The notes under the pieces: generated by a model
The model's database searches: none
Told to the model about the DNA's origin: nothing
The model's input: the letters and a program-made list of their open reading frames with translations, nothing else
Virus record (IMG/VR): IMGVR_UViG_3300025381_000060
Coordinates: 1-33,626 of that record
DNA length: 33,626 nucleotides
Strand: one strand, 5' to 3'
DNA from: a virus
Lineage: Duplodnaviria > Caudoviricetes
Program-made: the position numbers and the translations under genes
Shown: in pieces, positions 23,565 to 31,412 of the stretch
How the letters are laid out: every line of letters begins with the position of its first letter
Numbering within the stretch: position 1 is the stretch's first letter

Positions 23565-25025
23565 TTACGCCTTTGTGTTAGATTCAAGCGCAGAAATACG
23601 CTTGCGAAGTGATTGTAATTCAGCAATCATGTTTGCAATCATTTCAGCAGATGAAGCGTCAACTTGTTGGTAAACAGGATTTCCGTTTTCATCTACTGCA
23701 TTTGGTTCCCCATGAACTGCATTTGGGATGACTTGTTGAATTTCATCAGCAATAAAACCAGAATCTTGTAACCCAGTTTTAATCCAAGTAAAAATTCTAG
23801 GTTGTAAAGCATCAATAAATGTACCACTTGATGACAAACTTGTAATATTGGTTTTTAGTCTTCTATCAGATGTTCCATTGAAAAAACTTGAAGTTCCATT
23901 GGTGGTTATGCTTCCAACATTGGTGTAACTAGAAATGTTTCCACTAAAAAGCGAAATAAGTGAAGACGATGTATAAAAAGTATTAAACGTAGCCGCAGAA
24001 CTAGCGTTTGACTGGCAATCAAAAAGTGCAGGGAAATAAGCGTTTGAGGTAGTTTTAAAATATGCATAAGTAGAACTACCCCCACTGATTGAGGAACCGG
24101 GGTTAGTGGCTCCAAAACCAGCCAACCCATTTACTGTGATAACACTATTTACAGTAACTGTTCCAGTATTAAAAGTGTTTGAGCCACTAAATGTATTGTT
24201 TGCAGAGGTAATTGCTACGTTAGTAATGTTTCCTGTTGATCCATTCACTGTCAAAACACCAGTGTTGTTCAATGTAACATTACCAGTAGGCGAAGATGCT
24301 GAAATTCCACTTCCAACATAAATACCTGTAACTCCAGAACTGCCACCAGTTGACGAAATTGTTATGTTGCCAGAACCATTACTAATCGTAATACCTGATC
24401 CAGCAGACAAAGTATTGGCTGTATAGCCTGAACCGTTGCCAATCAATATTTGACCGTTGGCAGGCGTAGAAGCCACTCCAGTGCCTCCATTAGCCACGTT
24501 TAATGTGCCACCAAGGGTAAGGGTGCCTGAGGTAGTGATTGGGCTTCCTGAGAAAGTTAAACCAGTCGAGCCACCTGAACCTGAGACGCTTGTAACCGTA
24601 CCACCACCTGTACCAGTAGCAGAGATTTGGATGCCACCAGAGGTGTTGACAATAGAAACACCAGTTCCAGCAGTCAAGGTAGCTCTTGTGAATCCTGTAC
24701 CATTTCCAATGTCAATTTGACCGTTAGAAGGTGTAGAGGTAAGGCCAGTTCCACCGTAGGCAACACCTATGGTAGAACCGTTCCATGTTCCAGAAGAAAC
24801 TGTACCTAGTTGGGATGTACCAGACACCACAATGTTGGTAAAGTTTCCACCAACAGAAGAAGCTTTTGCTAGAGCTGTGACTGTTCCACCAGTGGTTTTG
24901 TAGTAAAGAATGCCATCAGTGGTATTGATAGCAAGCTCACCCAAAGCTAAATTGGCGTTTGAAGGCACATTTGTAGCAGTAGGTGAGTTATAAAGAATGA
25001 TTGGTGTGTAACCTGATGCTGACAT
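23565..25025 (-). CDS. tail fibre with C-terminal intramolecular chaperone (peptidase S74)
   Basis: Autocleavage motif GTSDRRLKTNI, GFIADEIQQVIPNAV, terminal coiled coil; N-terminal LALGELAINTTDGILYY (Mtd N-terminal-like). Confidence 0.85.
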   Translation of the reverse strand: MSASGYTPIILYNSPTATNVPSNANLALGELAINTTDGILYYKTTGGTVTALAKASSVGGNFTNIVVSGTSQLGTVSSGTWNGSTIGVAYGGTGLTSTPSNGQIDIGNGTGFTRATLTAGTGVSIVNTSGGIQISATGTGGGTVTSVSGSGGSTGLTFSGSPITTSGTLTLGGTLNVANGGTGVASTPANGQILIGNGSGYTANTLSAGSGITISNGSGNITISSTGGSSGVTGIYVGSGISASSPTGNVTLNNTGVLTVNGSTGNITNVAITSANNTFSGSNTFNTGTVTVNSVITVNGLAGFGATNPGSSISGGSSTYAYFKTTSNAYFPALFDCQSNASSAATFNTFYTSSSLISLFSGNISSYTNVGSITTNGTSSFFNGTSDRRLKTNITSLSSSGTFIDALQPRIFTWIKTGLQDSGFIADEIQQVIPNAVHGEPNAVDENGNPVYQQVDASSAEMIANMIAELQSLRKRISALESNTKA

Positions 25026-25034
25026 TTTTTGTCC

Positions 25035-25934
25035 TTAGAATGTGATTGAACCTGATGCTGTGAATGTGTAGATGTAATACCCATTAGCCGTGGTTTGTGT
25101 TGTTCCTGAACCTGTTGTGGATGCGGCTAGTTTATAGGTGTTGGGGTAACGGATTATGACAATACCTGAACCACCTGCGGCTCCTGTTGCAGGCCCATTA
25201 AACCCACCTGAACCACCACCACCACCTCCAGTATTAGCAGTTCCAGCAGTAGCATTAGATGAATCACCACCTCCATTACCTCCACCCCCAACACCACCCC
25301 TTCCGTAAGTGGTTGTTTGATTTCCAATACCTCCACCACCACCGCCAGCATAAGCCGTTACTGTGCCTGAAATAGAACTTGCAATTCCTGCACCCCCATT
25401 ACCAGCTATTGATGTTGCTGGCAATCCAACTGTTCCAGCACCACCACCACCACCATTTACATAATTATTTGAACTTCCACCAGTACCGCCAGCGTTTCCT
25501 TGGCCTGAAATACCTGCACCACCAGATGTTTGTCCAGCATCCCATCTGCCACCGCCTCCGCCAGAACCACCAGAGCTACCAGCAGTTGCATAACCTTGCC
25601 CACCACCCCCACCTGATGCTACAAAATTTCCTGTGGTCGCGCTTGATGATGTAGCTAATAAAACTGAATTTCCACCAGTACCTGCATTACTTGCTGTAGT
25701 TCCTCCTGTGCCACCAGCACCAACAGTAACCCAACATTGAATTCCTTGCGTTATGGAAGAAAACCCAGAAAGCAAACCACCTGCACCGCCACCCCCGCCA
25801 TTAGCATAACCACCACCACCGCCACCAGCAACCACAAGGTACTCAACAACAGGAGGGCTAATTCCACTCCAATTCTGTGCTTTGACAGCTTGACTTACTT
25901 GAGATAGCGTCCAGACTCCAGAATACTGCGCCAT
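25035..25934 (-). CDS. Gly-rich adhesin-like virion protein, paralog 4
   Basis: Start MAQYSGVWTL after GGAG; VEYLVVAGGGGGG ... GGSGIVIIRYP ... YTFTASGSITF. Confidence 0.8.
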   Translation of the reverse strand: MAQYSGVWTLSQVSQAVKAQNWSGISPPVVEYLVVAGGGGGGYANGGGGGAGGLLSGFSSITQGIQCWVTVGAGGTGGTTASNAGTGGNSVLLATSSSATTGNFVASGGGGGQGYATAGSSGGSGGGGGRWDAGQTSGGAGISGQGNAGGTGGSSNNYVNGGGGGAGTVGLPATSIAGNGGAGIASSISGTVTAYAGGGGGGIGNQTTTYGRGGVGGGGNGGGDSSNATAGTANTGGGGGGSGGFNGPATGAAGGSGIVIIRYPNTYKLAASTTGSGTTQTTANGYYIYTFTASGSITF

Positions 25935-25935
25935 A

Positions 25936-26403
25936 TTAGGCTCCAGTTGAAGGTGTAGGTGTAACTTCAGGTGTAGGTGTTGGGGTGGGTGTAACTTCAG
26001 GAGTTGGTGTAGGAGTGGCTTCAACCACAGGAGTTACATCAACCCAAGCCTTTGTAGGCTCATCCCATGCATAGATTTTGCCTTCATGGACAGGCATAGC
26101 AACAGGATTAACCCATTGCCATGTTGGTGCGCCAATTGTGAATGAATCACAGGTAACACCATTTCTGTCTACTGGACGTGGAGCATGGAAAACATCGTTG
26201 TTTTTGTCGTAAACGTAACCAATACCAGCGTAGTTTGCTCTCAAAGGAGTACCGCCACCATTGTGTACGCCACCATGAGTGTTATAGCTTGTTTGCACCC
26301 ACTCAGAAGGGTCACCCCAGTGTCCAAGTGCAAGTGTTTCTGCTTCGATAACAATGACGTTATCTACGATACCTTGTGAATTAACGTGAGCAAAGTGAGA
26401 CAT
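25936..26403 (-). CDS. companion (assembly/chaperone-like) protein of the Gly-rich cluster with Pro-Thr tail
   Basis: MSHFAHV...WVQTSYN...RANYAGIGYVYD...WDE..KAW; (PT)n C-terminus. Confidence 0.7.
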   Translation of the reverse strand: MSHFAHVNSQGIVDNVIVIEAETLALGHWGDPSEWVQTSYNTHGGVHNGGGTPLRANYAGIGYVYDKNNDVFHAPRPVDRNGVTCDSFTIGAPTWQWVNPVAMPVHEGKIYAWDEPTKAWVDVTPVVEATPTPTPEVTPTPTPTPEVTPTPSTGA

Positions 26404-26413
26404 TTAAAACTCC

Positions 26414-27280
26414 TTAAAAAGTAATTGTGCCTGAACTTGTCCAGACGTAAATTTGATAACCATTATTGTAATAAACCTGTGGTGTAGACGCTCCACCAAA
26501 TGAGGAAGGAGGAGCACAGTTAGCAGGGTAGCGAATAATGACTATGCCTGATCCTCCATTGCCAGCAGGTCCTAAATTTCCACTTGCTGCACCTCCTCCA
26601 GAACCAGTATTGGCAATAGCACTTGTAGCAAGCAAGGTAGTATTCCAGCCACCATTACCACCACCAGAATTCCCCAACCCAAAGGTAGTTCCACCATCAG
26701 TACCACCGCCACCGCCACCTGCATAAAAAACTCTTGAGCCTGTAATTGTTGAGCAGGTTCCTGCTCCTCCATTACCAGGTTGTCCAGTTGTTGCTGCGCT
26801 ACCAACACTTCCAGAACCACCACCGCCACCACCATAAGTTGGCCCGCTATAAGTTCCACCTACCCCACCTGCATAGCCTTGACCTGATGTTCCAGAACCA
26901 GCAGTAAATGCTCCACCGCTATAACCTCCACCTCCACCAGAACCACCTGATGAACCAGCAGAAGAAAATCCACCACCGCCACCACCACCAGTTGCAGTTA
27001 CAGATGAAAATACTGAATTTGAACCATTAGTTCCATTTAATGCTGAACCTCCAGTAGTAGAACTTCCTGCACCTCCACTGCCTACAGTAACAGTTAAAGA
27101 TGAACCAGCGATTACAGCAAAGTTATTTGCAGTTAATAAACCACCAGCTCCACCACCTCCATCATAGCCACCACCCCCACCTCCACCTGCCACAACCAAA
27201 TACTCTACAGTTGCAGTAGGCAAAGATGTCAAAGGGTTTAATGTTCCTGTGATGATTCCGCCGATATATGATTGACTCAT
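26414..27280 (-). CDS. Gly-rich adhesin-like virion protein, paralog 3
   Basis: Same VEYLVVAGGG ... GSGIVIIRYP ... SGTITF framework. Confidence 0.8.
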   Translation of the reverse strand: MSQSYIGGIITGTLNPLTSLPTATVEYLVVAGGGGGGGYDGGGGAGGLLTANNFAVIAGSSLTVTVGSGGAGSSTTGGSALNGTNGSNSVFSSVTATGGGGGGGFSSAGSSGGSGGGGGYSGGAFTAGSGTSGQGYAGGVGGTYSGPTYGGGGGGSGSVGSAATTGQPGNGGAGTCSTITGSRVFYAGGGGGGTDGGTTFGLGNSGGGNGGWNTTLLATSAIANTGSGGGAASGNLGPAGNGGSGIVIIRYPANCAPPSSFGGASTPQVYYNNGYQIYVWTSSGTITF

Positions 27281-27289
27281 TTTTATTCC

Positions 27290-29491
27290 TTAGAACGTCA
27301 CAGTTCCGCTACCAGTCCAAGTGTACACACGATTCTTGTATCCTAGTCCTGTTGCAAATGGGGATAGTTGGCTCCAAGGAGCTGAAACAGAAATTGAAGA
27401 AGTAGGGGAAAAAGAATTAGGTGATGAATCTTGCAAATATGCTCCTGATACACTATTCAATAACAACGATGTTCCTGAAATAGAAGTCAATGGAATTGTG
27501 CTAGGTGTGAAAGAACTTGTATATAAACAAGTTCCTTTGATAATTCTTAAATTAGTTATATAACCAGAATACCAGCCATTTGCTCCATCCCAAGGTGAAT
27601 CTCCTACACAAGTCCCACCTTGACCAAAATCATATAAACTTGTATCAGTTGTTCCTGTTTTTTCTAAAAAACCATTGATAAATAAACGAATAATATTACT
27701 ACTATCTCTTGTTGCCGCTATGTGATTCCATGTATTTGCAATAAGATTATTTGTTGAATAAACTGCTGATGTACTATCATGAGAAACATTGCCAATTCCA
27801 ACTTTACTTGCTAATGCACTTAAAGCTGATGTTCCCCAAACTCTAATAAAAGAAGCATTATTAGAAAAAGTATCATTTGAACCAATAATATTTTGATAAG
27901 GTGGAGATGAGCCATTCCAATAAACCCAGCATTCAATTGTAAATTGACCACTTAAACTCATGGCAGATGATGACGCATATGTAACTTTGTTACTAGAACC
28001 ATTAAAGTTCATACTACCACTGCCACTTGTAGAAGCAGTATATGTTCCTGTCAATGCTGATGGTGCGTTATAGGTATCTGGGTAAGAAATGATGACGATG
28101 CCTGATCCGCCTGTGCCACCACCCCAAACCGTTCCATTAAATCCACCGCCACCTCCTCCACCACCTGTATTAGTAGTTCCTGAACCACCAGCGGCAGTAT
28201 TATTTCCTGTCCCACCACCACCTACACCACCAATACCAAAAGTTGAAGAACTTGCTGATGGAGAACCACCACCTCCTCCAGCATATGTAGTAACTGTTCC
28301 AGATATTGCCGATGCTACACCAGCGCCTCCGTTACCTGGCACAAGCGATCTAGCATTTAATCCGACAGTTCCTGCTCCTCCACCACCTCCACCCATACCC
28401 GCATTACCACCGCCAGCATAGCCAGTCCCACCAGCATTACCTTGATTTGCAGTACCTTGACCAACCGCAGATATTGATCCACTATCATTTAATCCGCCAC
28501 CACCACCTGAACCACCAGCTAATCCATTTGTAGGTGTAGATGAGTTCCATGAAGAACCTCCTCCACCACCTATAGATGTAATATTTGCAAAAACAGAATT
28601 GTTACCAGAGGTTCCTGTACCGCTAGGAGTTGCACCTGCACCTCCACTGCCAACAGTTACAGTTACAGATACGCCTGCTGTTACATTTGATATTCCTTGT
28701 AACAATCCTCCAGCTCCTCCACCAGAGCCATCATTTGATCCACCCCCACCACCACCTGCTACAACAAGGTATTCAACTGCGGGGGTTGCGTATGATGAAT
28801 TGCCAGTAAATGGAAATGCTTGTTGAGTAGTAACAGAACCGTTATTTGTAATTGACAAAGCATTACTTGAGTTATCAACAATTGTTGAATTTTGTAATGT
28901 CAGTATTGCTGTGTTTGTAATATTGCTTAATGGAGATGATGAAGGAGTAAAGTTAGATGTGTATAAGCAAGTACCATTTAAAATTCTAAAGTTTGATAAT
29001 AAACCATTACATCCACCATCAATTGCTCCATTGTAATACTCAACGCCAAGTCTTAATGTACTTGAAAAAGCATTGCTATTTGTTGCAGTAGTTCCATTTG
29101 ATGTGCCATTGATGAACATTCTTATTACGTTACTTGCATCCCTTGTAATAGCAACGTAAGTCCAAACATAAGGATTGGTTGATGTATTTTGCAATAAAGT
29201 TGCATTATTGGTATAAAGTTGATTAAGCGTACCGCCTGTACCAATATAAAATTCTAATCCTGTGGAAGTATTAACATCACCCAAAGTAAAATAACTTGAG
29301 TTGCCTGTTGTGTTTCTATAGTACCAAAATTCAATTGTAAATTGACCAGACAAAGTTGCTGGCAATGTTGCTTGCAAATATTGAGATAAGCTACCTGTTG
29401 GGAATGAACCAGCATAAGTAGATGGATTACTCCAAGCCTTCTGTATCAAGCCTTGTAACTGCTGTTTGAGAGTGAATAGACCTTGTGCCAT
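27290..29491 (-). CDS. Gly-rich adhesin-like protein with two LamG/ConA-like lectin domains, paralog 2
   Basis: FTIEFWYY / FTIECWVYW, W.(Y/H).A.TRD....R.FING and SNFRILNGTCLYTSNFTP / TNLRIIKGTCLYTSSFTP motifs flank the Gly-rich core. Confidence 0.85.
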   Translation of the reverse strand: MAQGLFTLKQQLQGLIQKAWSNPSTYAGSFPTGSLSQYLQATLPATLSGQFTIEFWYYRNTTGNSSYFTLGDVNTSTGLEFYIGTGGTLNQLYTNNATLLQNTSTNPYVWTYVAITRDASNVIRMFINGTSNGTTATNSNAFSSTLRLGVEYYNGAIDGGCNGLLSNFRILNGTCLYTSNFTPSSSPLSNITNTAILTLQNSTIVDNSSNALSITNNGSVTTQQAFPFTGNSSYATPAVEYLVVAGGGGGGSNDGSGGGAGGLLQGISNVTAGVSVTVTVGSGGAGATPSGTGTSGNNSVFANITSIGGGGGSSWNSSTPTNGLAGGSGGGGGLNDSGSISAVGQGTANQGNAGGTGYAGGGNAGMGGGGGGAGTVGLNARSLVPGNGGAGVASAISGTVTTYAGGGGGSPSASSSTFGIGGVGGGGTGNNTAAGGSGTTNTGGGGGGGGFNGTVWGGGTGGSGIVIISYPDTYNAPSALTGTYTASTSGSGSMNFNGSSNKVTYASSSAMSLSGQFTIECWVYWNGSSPPYQNIIGSNDTFSNNASFIRVWGTSALSALASKVGIGNVSHDSTSAVYSTNNLIANTWNHIAATRDSSNIIRLFINGFLEKTGTTDTSLYDFGQGGTCVGDSPWDGANGWYSGYITNLRIIKGTCLYTSSFTPSTIPLTSISGTSLLLNSVSGAYLQDSSPNSFSPTSSISVSAPWSQLSPFATGLGYKNRVYTWTGSGTVTF

Positions 29492-29500
29492 TTTTTGTTC

Positions 29501-30373
29501 TCAGAATGTGATTGTGCCACTGGCTTTAAAAACATAGACGTTATAACCAAGAGCTTGATAATATGTGGGTGAGCCTGTTGTTGATGTGGCTTGGGATAGA
29601 TAGGAAGGGTATCTGATGACTACGATTCCTGAACCGCCTGCTCCACCTGTTTCAGATGATCCACTACCTGAACCACCACCTCCACCACCACCATTGCCAG
29701 TATTTGCAAGACCATTGATTCCAGGATTGCTTCCAGAATCTCCGTTGCCACCATTACCATTATTACCAGAGCCTGATGCTCCACCAAGACCAGGTGTTCC
29801 TGTGCGAACACCACCGCCACCTCCAGCCGCATAAATAGCAGGAGAACCAGTTATAGAACTACCCAAACCTGCGCCACCATTACCAGCCAAATTTACACCA
29901 GCATTACCACCAGCAGAGCCTGCACCGCCTCCTCCACCACAAGAATACCCATTGCCAGATGTTGAGGCATTACCCCCTGCATTTCCTTGCCCAGATGTTC
30001 CTGCGCCTCCAGTTTGTGCAGTTCCAGAACTTCCTGCTCCTCCAGCAGAACCACCACCAGAGCTATTGGAAGCATATGCACCAGCACCACCGCCAATTGC
30101 AGTTATTGATCCAAAAACAGAGTTTGCTCCTTGTGATCCACCAGACCCAGCAGAAGCAGTAGATGCTCCAGCACCAACAGTCACAGTAATTGATGATCCT
30201 ATGGTTACAGAATAGCCTGTTGCAGTTAGTAATCCACCAGCGCCACCGCCCCCACCCCAATAAGACGAACCAGAACCACCTCCAGCGACAACAAGATACT
30301 CTACTGTTTGAACAGGGTAGTTCAGCCCATTGTATTGAGCAGAGATGAAACCGCCTTGATGAGTCAAACTCAT
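29501..30373 (-). CDS. Gly-rich adhesin-like virion protein, paralog 1
   Basis: Same framework: VEYLVVAGGG ... GGSGIVVIRYP ... VFKASGTITF. Confidence 0.8.
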   Translation of the reverse strand: MSLTHQGGFISAQYNGLNYPVQTVEYLVVAGGGSGSSYWGGGGGAGGLLTATGYSVTIGSSITVTVGAGASTASAGSGGSQGANSVFGSITAIGGGAGAYASNSSGGGSAGGAGSSGTAQTGGAGTSGQGNAGGNASTSGNGYSCGGGGGAGSAGGNAGVNLAGNGGAGLGSSITGSPAIYAAGGGGGVRTGTPGLGGASGSGNNGNGGNGDSGSNPGINGLANTGNGGGGGGGSGSGSSETGGAGGSGIVVIRYPSYLSQATSTTGSPTYYQALGYNVYVFKASGTITF

Positions 30374-30382
30374 GGTCAGTCC

Positions 30383-30787
30383 TTAACTAATTGCTTCAAA
30401 CGATGCTGTGTATGTCAAAGCAGATGCAGTACCAGATGTAACGCCAACTGATTGGTTTTCTGTCAAATAAAACGCTGTTGTCTTATCGGTCACAATCACT
30501 GAAGCATTTGGTGGAACACTGATCTGATATGCCAAATATGAAACTACAGTTGCGCTACCAAAGGTGGCATTGTTACCAATACCCACAGTACAGGTGGCCG
30601 CACTTGAGGTTGTATTTGACACAACAATGTTGTCGATCTTATTGACGGTATTCGTGGCAGGCGTCAATCCTGTCAGCGTTGTTGTACCGTTATAAGTCCA
30701 AGATGTTGTTGCACCTGTGGTACTTGGAATAACATATGCCGTATTTCCATAAATACTCGTTACGTTAACAATATTTGGATTTGCCAT
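30383..30787 (-). CDS. small beta-rich tail-associated protein
   Basis: MANPNIVNVTSIYG...ISVPPNASVIVTDK..FYLTE...SFEAIS. Confidence 0.7.
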   Translation of the reverse strand: MANPNIVNVTSIYGNTAYVIPSTTGATTSWTYNGTTTLTGLTPATNTVNKIDNIVVSNTTSSAATCTVGIGNNATFGSATVVSYLAYQISVPPNASVIVTDKTTAFYLTENQSVGVTSGTASALTYTASFEAIS

Positions 30788-30797
30788 TTAATGCTCC

Positions 30798-31403
30798 TTA
30801 GAATCCGAAAATTAGAGCCATCGCAATGGCTTTACCTGTTGAAATACCTGCTGTGCCCCATGTGGGAGTACCAGAACCGTTTGAAAGAAGTGCTTGGCCG
30901 GATGTGCCAGCAGAAGTGAATGCATATGCACTACCTGTTCCATATGCCACAGCACCAGCAGTAGGAGTAGCTGTACCACTTGTACCACCATTACCATATG
31001 CCAATGTTCCTGTTACATTTGCTAAATTAACAGAACCAATAACTGTTTTTAAATTACCATTTGTATCTGTTGTACCATCAGTTGACCAAGTATCTCCAAC
31101 TTGAAGTGTTACTTTAACAATTGTTCTTAAAGTTGAATTGTCGTTATAACTAATGGTTAATGTGTTGGCAACAGTGTCAATATTTGCAATATAGATGGTT
31201 TTGATTAACCGTCTAGTTGACGATGCTGGAGCTGAAACAAGCGTAACTTGGGATGTTCCATTCAATGCTCCATCACTAGAACCTTCTACAAAACTACTTC
31301 CAGTGTCATCTGAGTAAGCAGTTACAAAAGATGGGTTCGTAGTGGTAGCCGAAGCTCCCATCTGCACCGTTATTGATTTGGTTGTTGCGTCTAAAACTAA
31401 CAT
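30798..31403 (-). CDS. tail-associated structural protein
   Basis: Beta N-terminal domain, NGGT fibre module, C-terminal ISTGKAIAMALIFG. Confidence 0.7.
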   Translation of the reverse strand: MLVLDATTKSITVQMGASATTTNPSFVTAYSDDTGSSFVEGSSDGALNGTSQVTLVSAPASSTRRLIKTIYIANIDTVANTLTISYNDNSTLRTIVKVTLQVGDTWSTDGTTDTNGNLKTVIGSVNLANVTGTLAYGNGGTSGTATPTAGAVAYGTGSAYAFTSAGTSGQALLSNGSGTPTWGTAGISTGKAIAMALIFGF

Positions 31404-31412
31404 GGTTTACCT

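Noticed and set aside
23565-30373. Diversity-generating retroelement, suggested by the Mtd N-terminal-like motif and multiple adhesin paralogs
   Set aside because: No reverse transcriptase in the window and no near-identical repeat pair differing only at adenines was seen; the fibre ends in an S74 chaperone rather than a CLec variable region.
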